Shown here: positions 9,386 to 18,581 of the stretch, one piece after another
Layout: every line of letters begins with the position of its first letter
How positions within the stretch are numbered: the stretch's first letter is position 1
NCBI GenBank assembly: GCA_017513085.1
Contig: JAFWDK010000027.1
Coordinates: forward strand, 160,564 to 224,563
Reading direction: 5' to 3'
DNA length: 64,000 bases
Origin: Clostridiales bacterium
GTDB taxonomy: Bacteria; Bacillota; Clostridia; Saccharofermentanales; Saccharofermentanaceae
Notes under the pieces: generated by a model
The model's input: the letters and a program-made list of their open reading frames with translations, nothing else
What the model was told of the DNA's origin: nothing
Database searches by the model: none
Made by a program: the position numbers and the translations under genes

Positions 9386-10318
9386 ATGAAGAAAAGTATA
9401 GCATGCATCGCGGCTCTTTCTTTGATCCTGGCTATGGCCGGCTGCAACAGCAAGAAAGAGACTGAAAAGAGATGGACACCACCGTCCGGTACAGGAGAGG
9501 AATCTGCTCCTTCTGAAGAAACAACCACTACAGAAGAGACAACAGAGGAGACAACAACAGCTGAAGAGACAACGACAGCGGCTGAATCTTCCAAGGAGAC
9601 ATCTGCTGATGCTTCCGAAACATCTGCTGACGCTTCCGAGACTTCTGCTGACGCTTCCGAGACTTCTGCCGAGTCCGGAAAAGTTATGTCTTACAAGGAG
9701 TACAAGGACGCAGCTCTTGATTCCGAGGTAACGATCGAGGCTTATGTACAGGCTAAGCAGTCCTGGTGGGATAACAAAGCTACCGTATATCTTCAGGACG
9801 AAGATGGTGCTTATTTCGCCTACAACATGGCTTGCACCGAAGAAGATTATGCGAAGCTCACAGATGGCCAGAAGATCCGCGTGAAGGGCTTCAAGTCCGA
9901 GTGGTCCGGCGAAGTGGAGATCGTTGACGCAACTTTCGAAGTGATTGAAGGCACATGGACAGCTACTCCGGTAGATGTAACAGCTGAGCTGGGTACAGAT
10001 GCTCTGATCGACAAGCAGAACCAGAAAGTTTCTTTCACCGGTATGAAGGTAGAAGCTTCCAAGGACGCAGACGGCAAGGAAGTTGCTTTCCTTTACAAGT
10101 ATGACGGATCCGGTGCTGAGGGCGATGACCTCTACTTCCAGGTTTCCGCTAACGACAAGACCTACACATTCACAGTTGAGTCCTACCTCTGCGATAAGGA
10201 TTCCGAAGTGTACAAGGCTGTAAAAGAACTGAAGGTCGGCGACACAGTAGATATGGAAGGTTTCCTCTACTGGTATGAGGGTGCTAACCCGCACATCACA
10301 AAGGTAACCGTTAAGTAA
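9386..10318 (+). CDS. Lipoprotein with Ser/Thr/Glu linker and probable tandem OB-fold domains
   Basis: AGGAG RBS before ATG 9386; lipobox MAGC; beta-rich segments such as LTDGQKIRVKG and LKVGDTVDMEG. Confidence 0.8.
   Translation: MKKSIACIAALSLILAMAGCNSKKETEKRWTPPSGTGEESAPSEETTTTEETTEETTTAEETTTAAESSKETSADASETSADASETSADASETSAESGKVMSYKEYKDAALDSEVTIEAYVQAKQSWWDNKATVYLQDEDGAYFAYNMACTEEDYAKLTDGQKIRVKGFKSEWSGEVEIVDATFEVIEGTWTATPVDVTAELGTDALIDKQNQKVSFTGMKVEASKDADGKEVAFLYKYDGSGAEGDDLYFQVSANDKTYTFTVESYLCDKDSEVYKAVKELKVGDTVDMEGFLYWYEGANPHITKVTVK
9596..9670 (+). repeat. 21-bp tandem repeat, about 3.5 copies, encoding ETSADAS
   Basis: GAGACATCTGCTGATGCTTCC-like units read directly. Confidence 0.9.
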
Positions 10319-10379
10319 TAACAGTTACCGCCCGGATCCGTACGGCGGCGCCGGTGGGATCTGACCGAATAAGTTGATA

Positions 10380-10416
10380 AAAAGAGGGAAGTCTCAAGTG
10401 AGGCCTCCCTCTTTTC
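10380..10416. terminator. Bidirectional terminator
   Basis: AAAAGAGGGA...TCCCTCTTTT between convergent genes. Confidence 0.7.
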
Positions 10417-10490
10417 AGTTCGGAAAAAACGCAAGAAAAGGCGCACCCGGGAAGATCCCGAATACGCCTTTAAATGAGGAGTCAATGACT

Positions 10491-10802
10491 TCAGCCGTCT
10501 TCTCTGTATTCAAAGTCGAAGGTGTCGATGCGCTCTGACGGGTCGGAAAGATCCGATCCGAAGTGCTGGAACTGGAAAAGGAATTTTTGTCTTTTCGCAC
10601 GTGGAACGACCATGGCAACTTGTGCTGTCAGAAGAGCGGAAAAAAGAATATCCAATCCGATGACAAGAAGTCCTGCGTAAAGCAACGGGTGGAAAAAGAT
10701 ACATCCGATAAACAGAAGGACCGCCATCACCAACAAATATCGGAAATACCCGAAAAACGTAAGCAAGAAACAAGCACAAGCACTTCTCATTCCTTTTTTC
10801 AT
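10491..10802 (-). CDS. Small membrane protein
   Basis: GGAGG RBS; two hydrophobic segments. Confidence 0.6.
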   Translation of the reverse strand: MKKGMRSACACFLLTFFGYFRYLLVMAVLLFIGCIFFHPLLYAGLLVIGLDILFSALLTAQVAMVVPRAKRQKFLFQFQHFGSDLSDPSERIDTFDFEYREDG

Positions 10803-11145
10803 GACACCCTCCTACTCCTCTTTTCCCATCGTTTTTAGACCAGGATTCGAAAATATCGGCTTTGATTTTTTAATTTTTTGGTCAGGAACTCAGGTAAAGC
10901 AAATGATGATCTATTAGATCAATATATTGTATGCCTCGTAATTGAAAACCCCTATATATTCATCTTAACACTCTTTTTTGAAAATAACGCAAGTGTTTTT
11001 CACACTTTGCAAAAAATTTTTGCATTTTTCTTTTTTTGCAGATAAGTCGAGTGGTTTTTTGTCGCGGGAAATGACTTCTCCGGCAAGGAAAAAGCGTAAA
11101 AAAGAGGGCCGCTAAGCCCTCTTCAGATTGTTTCCGATCAGCCGG

Positions 11146-13638
11146 TCAACCGCCCGGAATCATCGGTCCGCCATGATCCGTCGGTGGCGGTGGCGGAGCC
11201 GGCGTCGGTGTCGCCTTATGGAACTGACACTCTGTCTGCGGATTCAAGTAGGAATCCGCGATAAAGTAATCTTCCACCACAGAACCTGCCTCCTGACAGA
11301 ACTGTGTGGCCTTTTGGCCGGACGACGAACATACCGAAGCGCGTACAATATTATCCGGCACCTCAAATTTCGCGCCGGGAAGATCCTTATGGATCCTCTG
11401 CATGACTTCATTCCAGATACGCTGCGCATTGTTTCTGTCGCCTTTCGGGATCTCCGTGGTACGAAGGCGGTTAACGTATCCATACCAGACGGCCGCCGAG
11501 TAGTAAGGCGTGAATCCGCAGAACCACTTATCGACGTTATCGTCTGTTGTACCGGTCTTACCGGCTACAGCGATCGATTCGCCATCTGCATTCTCGATCG
11601 GCAATACTTTATTCTTCGCCGTACCATAAGTAATTACATCCTGAAGCATGCTGGTCATCAGGAACGAAGTATCCTCGCGATAGACACGATGAGAGGTTAC
11701 CTCGTGCGTCAGGATCTCGTTGTTATCACTGTCTAATACCTTTGTGTACGCATAAGGTTCGGTGTAGATTCCTCCGGTTGCGAATGTGTTATAAGCGGCA
11801 GCCATCTCCAACGGTGACATACCCAGGTTAAAACCACCGACCGCCGTTGACGGATACTGCTCCGTCAATCGGTTGATGCCTACTTCATTGAGAAACCAGA
11901 GCGCCATTTCCGCGCCAACATCAAACCAGACCATAACTGCGATCGTATTTCTTGATGACGCCACAGCCTGCCGGATCGTGATCGGGCCTTTGTATGCGTT
12001 ATCCGAGTTTTTCGGCCATACTGCATTAGGATTAGACGGATCAAGATGTGATTCTTTATCGTCATAGACCATGGACGGCGTGATCAGACGCAGTTCCAAT
12101 GCCGGACCGTATGCGATCAACGGCTTGATCGAAGAACCCGGCTGACGATGCGCATCTACTGCAAGGTTGGTACCCAGGTTAATGGTCTTTTCGCCGTAAC
12201 CTCCCTGCATACCGGCAATAGCTCCGGTATCCACGTTTATGACCACCATGCCGGCCTGCGGTTTTTCCGGATAATCCTCAAGCGCTTCAGGATCCGTCTG
12301 GAATAGATCTCTATTCTTAAAGGCATCATCCATAACCGCCTGAACATCGGATTCCATTGTGGTATAGATATGATAACCCCGGTTATATACTGTTGTAGCC
12401 GCCAGAGAACGGCTGATCTTTCTCTTCTGCTGAAGATCCGAGATAACCTCGGAAACAGCATACTCTACAAAATACGAGTTGATCTTGGTAGCCGAAGATG
12501 TATTTGCCGTTCTGAATACCAGTTCCGTATTCAGAGCATTGTCATACTCTTCCTGCGTAATGAAGCCAAGTTCCAGCATCTTACTTAATACGATACGCAT
12601 ACGGCGCATCGCATTTCTTCTACCGGATTCACGAAGCGGGTTATAGTAAGACGGGCTCTTCGGAAGTCCTGCCAGAAAAGCACACTCCGCCAGGGAAAGT
12701 TCTTTTGCATTCTTACCGAAATAGTTCTGCGCGCCGGCTTCTACACCTACATAGTTATTTCCCATCGGAGCAAGGTTGATGTAAAGCTGCATGATCTCAT
12801 CTTTGCTGGCCTGCTGCTCGAGCGTCATAGCGGAAAACCACTCCTGAACTTTTCTCTGTGTGGAGCGCTGGTCCTGACCGGAGATAAGCTTGACCGTCTG
12901 CTGGGTAATCGTCGAACCGCCATGGGAGGCAGTACCGCCATTAGCCAATGCGGAAAGAACGGCGCTTCCGATTCTCTGGACGTCGATACCGGAGTGTTCC
13001 AGAAAACGTTCATCTTCGATTGCCATGATGGCTTCGTCAATATATGTATCTTTAACTTCCGTAAATGCCACGTAAATGCGGTCCACGTTCTCACTACCGG
13101 TCAGCTTGGCTAACACCGTGCCGTTGGAGTCGTAGACAAAAGACGTCTCTACCGAGTCTGTCATGGTGATATCCGTCACGGAAAGCGGTGTAGTGGTGGA
13201 AATATAGCCGATGAGCATACCTCCGCCAAAACCTCCGGCCATAAAGCATACACAAAGCAGGATAACCAGTGCGGTCTTCAGGATGTCCATGACTCCGTGG
13301 AAAACCTCCATATACCAGTGACGCTCGTGTGCAGCACGTGTCGGTTTACCACTCAGGCGGGAACGGAGTTCGTCTGCAAGCGCACTGTTTTCCGGCGCAA
13401 TCGGTCTTGTCGAGCGCTGTTGTGGATCTCTGACTTCGTTATCCTTCTCATACGCCTGAGACCTGGAATAGCTTCCTTGCGCCGTCATGCCGGATACAGT
13501 CTGACCGTGCGGCTTCGTGGACTGGTCAATGGTAGCATCCGTCACCACACGCTTCTTCTTCGGCTTCGCGGCAGAACCGTTTTCTTTATTATTCTTACCG
13601 GAAGGCCGAAAAGAGCCTCCCTGGTTTTGATTTGACAT
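11146..13638 (-). CDS. Class A penicillin-binding protein (PBP1A family)
   Basis: Transglycosylase motifs EDERF and GGSTITQQ; transpeptidase motifs SSIK, SRN and KTG. Confidence 0.96.
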   Translation of the reverse strand: MSNQNQGGSFRPSGKNNKENGSAAKPKKKRVVTDATIDQSTKPHGQTVSGMTAQGSYSRSQAYEKDNEVRDPQQRSTRPIAPENSALADELRSRLSGKPTRAAHERHWYMEVFHGVMDILKTALVILLCVCFMAGGFGGGMLIGYISTTTPLSVTDITMTDSVETSFVYDSNGTVLAKLTGSENVDRIYVAFTEVKDTYIDEAIMAIEDERFLEHSGIDVQRIGSAVLSALANGGTASHGGSTITQQTVKLISGQDQRSTQRKVQEWFSAMTLEQQASKDEIMQLYINLAPMGNNYVGVEAGAQNYFGKNAKELSLAECAFLAGLPKSPSYYNPLRESGRRNAMRRMRIVLSKMLELGFITQEEYDNALNTELVFRTANTSSATKINSYFVEYAVSEVISDLQQKRKISRSLAATTVYNRGYHIYTTMESDVQAVMDDAFKNRDLFQTDPEALEDYPEKPQAGMVVINVDTGAIAGMQGGYGEKTINLGTNLAVDAHRQPGSSIKPLIAYGPALELRLITPSMVYDDKESHLDPSNPNAVWPKNSDNAYKGPITIRQAVASSRNTIAVMVWFDVGAEMALWFLNEVGINRLTEQYPSTAVGGFNLGMSPLEMAAAYNTFATGGIYTEPYAYTKVLDSDNNEILTHEVTSHRVYREDTSFLMTSMLQDVITYGTAKNKVLPIENADGESIAVAGKTGTTDDNVDKWFCGFTPYYSAAVWYGYVNRLRTTEIPKGDRNNAQRIWNEVMQRIHKDLPGAKFEVPDNIVRASVCSSSGQKATQFCQEAGSVVEDYFIADSYLNPQTECQFHKATPTPAPPPPPTDHGGPMIPGG

Positions 13639-13765
13639 AGTTTACACCTTCAGAATCACTTGTCGGGGACTTATAAAAATCCACGATAATAATACCAGTA
13701 TTCGGAAGAATTGGAAAGAGAGCCACAAGTGCGCTATAATGTTGCTGAATATTTAGGGGCGGTAA

Positions 13766-15457
13766 ATGGGCATTTTCGAAGAAAAAACATATCAGGTCAA
13801 GTGTAGCGGTCTTTCCAACGAAGGACAGGGTGTCGCGCGTATTGAGAGCGACCGTGAAAAAGATAACGGACTAAAGGTATTTGTGGACGATCTCTTACCC
13901 GGAGAGGTCGCTAAGATCCGTATTACTTCGCGTGAGAAGAACCTGGCTCACGGAGAAAAGATCGAAACCGTATCCGAATCGCCCAACCGTGTTGTGCCTG
14001 TCTGCTCCGAGTTCACCAAGTGTGGTGGATGTCAGATTCAGCATGCCGACTATGCCTGCCAGCTCAAAATGAAGGAAGACATGGTCCGCTCTTGCCTGCA
14101 CCGTATCGGGCATATTTCCCTTTCCGACCTTCACTCGGTCAGCGAGCCCATCTTAGGCGCCCCGGACCAGTTCTTTTACCGCAATAACGTTCAGTATCCG
14201 ATCGAATACAGTCATGCCAAGAAGAGCGTGAATATCGGTCTTTACGAGAAGAAGAGCCACAAGATCGTGGAACATGAGAAGTGTTACCTCGTTCATCCGT
14301 CAGCCGAAGTGATCCGTGGTGTGGCGCAGATCTATTTCAGCGACCACTCCCGTGCCAATATTGCTAAATATCTCCGGCAACTCATTGTTCGTGTGGGTTT
14401 TTTCAGCAAGGAAATGATGGTCGTTCTCGTCTGCACACGTCCTATCAAGCTCGATGCGGAAGAATTCGTCCAGACTTGCGAGAGAGCCATGTCACAGGCA
14501 CAGATCGGTATGCACATCTCCAGTATCTGGACACAGGAAACCAAGGACCGTGCCAAGAAGGGGGCTTCCGATTGTTGGACCAATGTCTGGGGGAAACCCT
14601 ATATTCATGAATTCCTGGAACACCGGGTATTCCGCATCTCGCCGGATGCTTTTTTCCAGGTCAACAGTAAACAGACGATCCATCTGTATTCCAAAGTTAA
14701 AGAATATCTCCGCTACGACGGAGCGCTTCCCCGTCTTCTTGTGGATCTTTACTGTGGCACCGGCAGTATCGGCATCTTCTGCTCCAGTGTCTGCCATCAC
14801 CTGGTCGGTATCGAGTCAGTCGAGTCTGCCGTAATCGATGCGCGCGCCAATGCTACAGCTAATTATCTTGAAAACGCCGAGTTTTTCTGTGGTAAAGCAG
14901 AGGACTACGATTTCGGCGCAATGATGCCGGACGCGGTCGTCATCGATCCTCCTCGCAAAGGCTGCGACGAAAAACTGCTCCGCGAACTACTGCATCTGGC
15001 CCCTACCCGGATCGTTTACGTTTCCTGTAACCCTTCCACATTAGCGCGGGACCTTCACCGTCTCTTCCAGATCCAGGAAGAGGGCGACACACGCTACGGC
15101 ATCAGCCGTATCTGCCCGGTGGATATGTTCCCGAATACGTCTCATGTCGAGACTGTTGTCTTGCTTTCCAAGGAAAACATATCGACAAAACATGTTCGGG
15201 TTGAGTTTAATCTTGAAGAGATGGATATGTCAGGATTCAAGGTCGGTGCTACTTATGAAGAGATAATCGCATGGGTTCAGGAGAAATACGGTTTCCATGT
15301 TACTCATCTTAATATTGCTCAGGTCAAGCGCAAGTGCGGGATCGTTGAAAGAGAGAACTACAATCTTCCAAAATCACCGGACTCAAGACAACCGAATACT
15401 CCTAAGGAAAAAGAGGATGCGATCAAGGATGCGTTCAAGCATTTTAATATGATCTGA
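13766..15457 (+). CDS. rlmD: 23S rRNA (uracil-5)-methyltransferase; the last 101 aa derive from the integrated element
   Basis: TRAM domain, CxxxxxCGGC, AFFQVN, DLYCGTG, DPPRKG, YVSCNP, DMFP..HVE; continues 101 aa past the Glu of HVE. Confidence 0.95.
   Translation: MGIFEEKTYQVKCSGLSNEGQGVARIESDREKDNGLKVFVDDLLPGEVAKIRITSREKNLAHGEKIETVSESPNRVVPVCSEFTKCGGCQIQHADYACQLKMKEDMVRSCLHRIGHISLSDLHSVSEPILGAPDQFFYRNNVQYPIEYSHAKKSVNIGLYEKKSHKIVEHEKCYLVHPSAEVIRGVAQIYFSDHSRANIAKYLRQLIVRVGFFSKEMMVVLVCTRPIKLDAEEFVQTCERAMSQAQIGMHISSIWTQETKDRAKKGASDCWTNVWGKPYIHEFLEHRVFRISPDAFFQVNSKQTIHLYSKVKEYLRYDGALPRLLVDLYCGTGSIGIFCSSVCHHLVGIESVESAVIDARANATANYLENAEFFCGKAEDYDFGAMMPDAVVIDPPRKGCDEKLLRELLHLAPTRIVYVSCNPSTLARDLHRLFQIQEEGDTRYGISRICPVDMFPNTSHVETVVLLSKENISTKHVRVEFNLEEMDMSGFKVGATYEEIIAWVQEKYGFHVTHLNIAQVKRKCGIVERENYNLPKSPDSRQPNTPKEKEDAIKDAFKHFNMI
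15126..15173 (+). other. attL
   Basis: ...CATGTC-GA-GACTGTTGTCTTGCTTTCCAAGG; the P' arm ends in TTCCAAGG, 23 nt from the GA core. Confidence 0.88.
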
Positions 15458-15590
15458 TTGAAGATACTTTAGTTAATCACGCCGTGGGTAGTTGGAGCAA
15501 TCCAATGTCCTGCGGCGGTTTTATTATGCCTGAAGGTATTGTGTCCGATGGTATAATTGAAGCAGATGGATTCAATAGGCAACGGGAGGT

Positions 15591-16172
15591 GTGGCAATGA
15601 ACATAAGAAAAATAACATCTCTGGTACTTGTCTTTGTATTTGTGTTCTCATTTACCGCCTGCAAGAAAACTGATGTCCCCGAGCTGGATAGAATCTTGAA
15701 TTATTCAGTTGAACAGTTTGATGATCTGGCAAGCAGCGTTGATGAGAAGGATTTGATCAAAGCATGGGGTGAACCGCAAGCATTAGGCAGCCGCAGATTC
15801 TGGAGAATCAGTGTTGAGGGCGAGACGACAAAGTTTGTTGTGGCATGGGTTGAGAACGGAAACGTAACATCTATTCACGTTTCCAAGCCTCTGTTTATCA
15901 ATGTTGCAGCTATAGAAAACGGCGTAGCTTACTGCGTATTTGGTTGGAATTACTATTCTACTGATGCAGCTAATCTTGCATTTATGCCAACACAGGACTG
16001 TTTTGGCAATGAGATTGCATGTGAGGTTGGTGATCAATTCATATTCCAATTTGACGGTATGATCATGGAGTCTTATCCGGCACAGATCAACGCTCCATAC
16101 TCGGCTGTTCGGATGGGACACCTGTCTGACGAAGAAATCTCCGAGATGGCAAGTAACATTGTATTACCGTAG
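15591..16172 (+). CDS. Hypothetical lipoprotein (cargo)
   Basis: GGAGG RBS; lipobox FTAC. Confidence 0.8.
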   Translation: MAMNIRKITSLVLVFVFVFSFTACKKTDVPELDRILNYSVEQFDDLASSVDEKDLIKAWGEPQALGSRRFWRISVEGETTKFVVAWVENGNVTSIHVSKPLFINVAAIENGVAYCVFGWNYYSTDAANLAFMPTQDCFGNEIACEVGDQFIFQFDGMIMESYPAQINAPYSAVRMGHLSDEEISEMASNIVLP

Positions 16173-16201
16173 CGATTATCTTTGATCGTTATTTCGACGG
16201 A

Positions 16202-17119
16202 TCAATACACAAGCAGTCCGTTTTCCATTTTGAGTAATCGATCATCTACAAAGACAATTGGTACTATCTCGGAGTCGTTATTTTCTGCACAGTTGAAATC
16301 CACAATATATTTTAAAGCCTGCTCTTCGCCGGGAAATATAATCAATTGATATGGAAAGTTATAATCCAGCTTTTCTAATAACATAACACCTTCGGATTTT
16401 GTATGAATCAGGACAGCCGCGTGACCGCAATGCAAAATGTACTGATCACTATCATCATAAATATCAGATCCGTTAAACCATATAGAAATCAAGCTGATGT
16501 TATTGTTTCCCTGGAAACTAATGCCGGTCTGTCTCCAATACTCATTTATTTGCTCCGCCTGTTCAGACACACTGATGTTTTCGGACGATTCTATACCGTT
16601 GAATAATAATGTGAATTGTCTGATATCTGAATCAGACTGAAAAACGGATGAATCGTTGATTTCAACAAGCATCATCGGCTCTGTCACTTGGGAAGCTGTG
16701 TCGTATGAAATAAGCGAACCCATAGCTTCAAATGCAGTTAATCGGCAGTTTCTTCTGCCGGTTAGATTCCCATATTTACTCTTCCATTTTCTTTCTAGCT
16801 TTGTTGAATCATATGCGGATGCAGCGTTTTCAGTAAAAACCGCAAATCCGCTTTGTACTGGTAAAATATCTCCTGTAGCAGCATTGTACTGAATGATGTT
16901 TTCGAGCAAGGCATCTATATAAGGCTTTTGAACGCCTGCTTCTTCCAAAGCTGTCCTTAGAACATCCTGCGATTCCAGATCAACAAGGTTACTGTATACT
17001 GCATCATACGGAGAACCCTGTGACTCTGTCTTGCTGTTTTGCGTTCCACAGCCTGTAACAAGTAGTATTAAACATAATGTTGTTACGAAGGTTAATACGC
17101 TATTTAATGATTTATTCAC
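16202..17119 (-). CDS. DUF4300-like lipoprotein
   Basis: Lipobox VTGC; YSNLVD, NCRLTAF, GHAAVL, LLEKL..PYQ motifs. Confidence 0.75.
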   Translation of the reverse strand: MNKSLNSVLTFVTTLCLILLVTGCGTQNSKTESQGSPYDAVYSNLVDLESQDVLRTALEEAGVQKPYIDALLENIIQYNAATGDILPVQSGFAVFTENAASAYDSTKLERKWKSKYGNLTGRRNCRLTAFEAMGSLISYDTASQVTEPMMLVEINDSSVFQSDSDIRQFTLLFNGIESSENISVSEQAEQINEYWRQTGISFQGNNNISLISIWFNGSDIYDDSDQYILHCGHAAVLIHTKSEGVMLLEKLDYNFPYQLIIFPGEEQALKYIVDFNCAENNDSEIVPIVFVDDRLLKMENGLLVY

Positions 17120-17137
17120 TCTTTATAATCCTTTCCA

Positions 17138-17953
17138 TCAATTCGGAATATATGTATTAGTTTCCTGATTGAAGAAGGAATAATAATCGAACCCATCAAC
17201 TAAACCTTCAAACTCGGCAAAATCCATAAATCGATAGATTTTGTTATCAGGTGTAACTATAGCTTCCATATCTCCATAATATAAGTATACCAGCTGTTGT
17301 CCAGCATGCTGTTGTAGAAAACTGTTGTACTGGGAATACCATGATCCACCGAAAGCAATGCCATACCAAAGGCCATTCTCATCTTTTGATACGGATATAA
17401 CGGATATAAGATCTTCGTCGTTATAGACTAGAAAATCTCTCCAATTGACAGCTACAGAATTATCATTTGTTCTGTAATGTCCATACCCCGTTTCGCTGAT
17501 GACCATATTCTGAGCATTAACACCAGATGCCTCAAGACTGTTTTTGATGCCTGCATAGTTTTCCATTAGAAATGCATAGGCTTCTTCATTTGTTAACCAA
17601 TAATCTACACCCGTTAAATGAACACAAGCTCTATCCGTGATAATTACGCCTTCTTCTCCGCATCCGTCAGGAACTGTTTCGTTAGTTGATCCATGAGATG
17701 TCTGAAGCGTTTCCTCTGTAGCCGTAGAACTTATAGATTCTGAAATCAAGGTATTCTCAGTTGTGAACGTATCCTTCCTAGGTAATAACTTTATAACCAT
17801 AACTGCAATACCTGCTACTATCAAGACTGATGCAGCGATCCCAATGTATCGAACCCAAGCCGCATTTTTCTTTGCCTTTTGAAATGTCTTCGCTTCCTCA
17901 ATAAATCTATCGTCTATGATTTCGAATGTATCCAATATGAATTCTCTTCTCAT
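17138..17953 (-). CDS. Putative membrane anti-sigma factor
   Basis: IDDRFIEEA N-terminal motif plus one TM; overlaps the ECF sigma stop. Confidence 0.75.
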   Translation of the reverse strand: MRREFILDTFEIIDDRFIEEAKTFQKAKKNAAWVRYIGIAASVLIVAGIAVMVIKLLPRKDTFTTENTLISESISSTATEETLQTSHGSTNETVPDGCGEEGVIITDRACVHLTGVDYWLTNEEAYAFLMENYAGIKNSLEASGVNAQNMVISETGYGHYRTNDNSVAVNWRDFLVYNDEDLISVISVSKDENGLWYGIAFGGSWYSQYNSFLQQHAGQQLVYLYYGDMEAIVTPDNKIYRFMDFAEFEGLVDGFDYYSFFNQETNTYIPN

Positions 17954-18510
17954 AATTCGAACCCCCTTGCTAACAGATAATCGCGGAGTTTGATCCTGAT
18001 GCGACGAATTGATGTGGATATATTATTCTCACTTGTTCCTAGTCTTAAGGCAATTGACTTGATATCATCAGCGTACCAATACCGACGTACTATCATTACT
18101 CTTTTCTCCAACGGGAGATCATAAAGAAAATCGTTAATTGCCTTTGCCAGATCATTGCGGACAACATCATCTTCGGGACTGGGATTATCTGACGCAATTT
18201 CACCGATTTCATCCAGTAGAGCCGGAATCACATTGCCGCCGCGCTTTTCTGCTAAGTTCTTACGATATCGATCCAAGGAAATGTTTCGAACGATGCGTCC
18301 GATAAAAGCAGAGAAGACGGATGGTTTCTGTGGCGGAATGGTATTCCATACCCTGGAATATGTATCATTCACACATTCTTCTGAATCCTCATTGTTATAG
18401 AGGATGTTGTAGGCAATGGAAAAGCAGTAGTTGCCGTACTTTCGCGAAGTCTCAGTAATTGCCGATTCGTCGCGATTCCAATATAAGCGAATTATTGCAT
18501 CATCATTCAT
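17950..18510 (-). CDS. ECF RNA polymerase sigma factor
   Basis: DSEECVNDTY (region 2); RRYWYADDIKSIA (region 4); AAGGAGG RBS. Confidence 0.92.
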   Translation of the reverse strand: MNDDAIIRLYWNRDESAITETSRKYGNYCFSIAYNILYNNEDSEECVNDTYSRVWNTIPPQKPSVFSAFIGRIVRNISLDRYRKNLAEKRGGNVIPALLDEIGEIASDNPSPEDDVVRNDLAKAINDFLYDLPLEKRVMIVRRYWYADDIKSIALRLGTSENNISTSIRRIRIKLRDYLLARGFEL

Positions 18511-18533
18511 CAAGATGACCTCCTTCACTTATA

Positions 18534-18561
18534 TAGACGTATTCCTCACATGAATCTGACA
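18534..18561 (-). promoter_or_regulatory. Probable autoregulated ECF promoter
   Basis: TGTCAG-N16-CGTCTA directly upstream of the ECF RBS. Confidence 0.6.
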
Positions 18562-18581
18562 GTTATTATTCTACCATTTTG

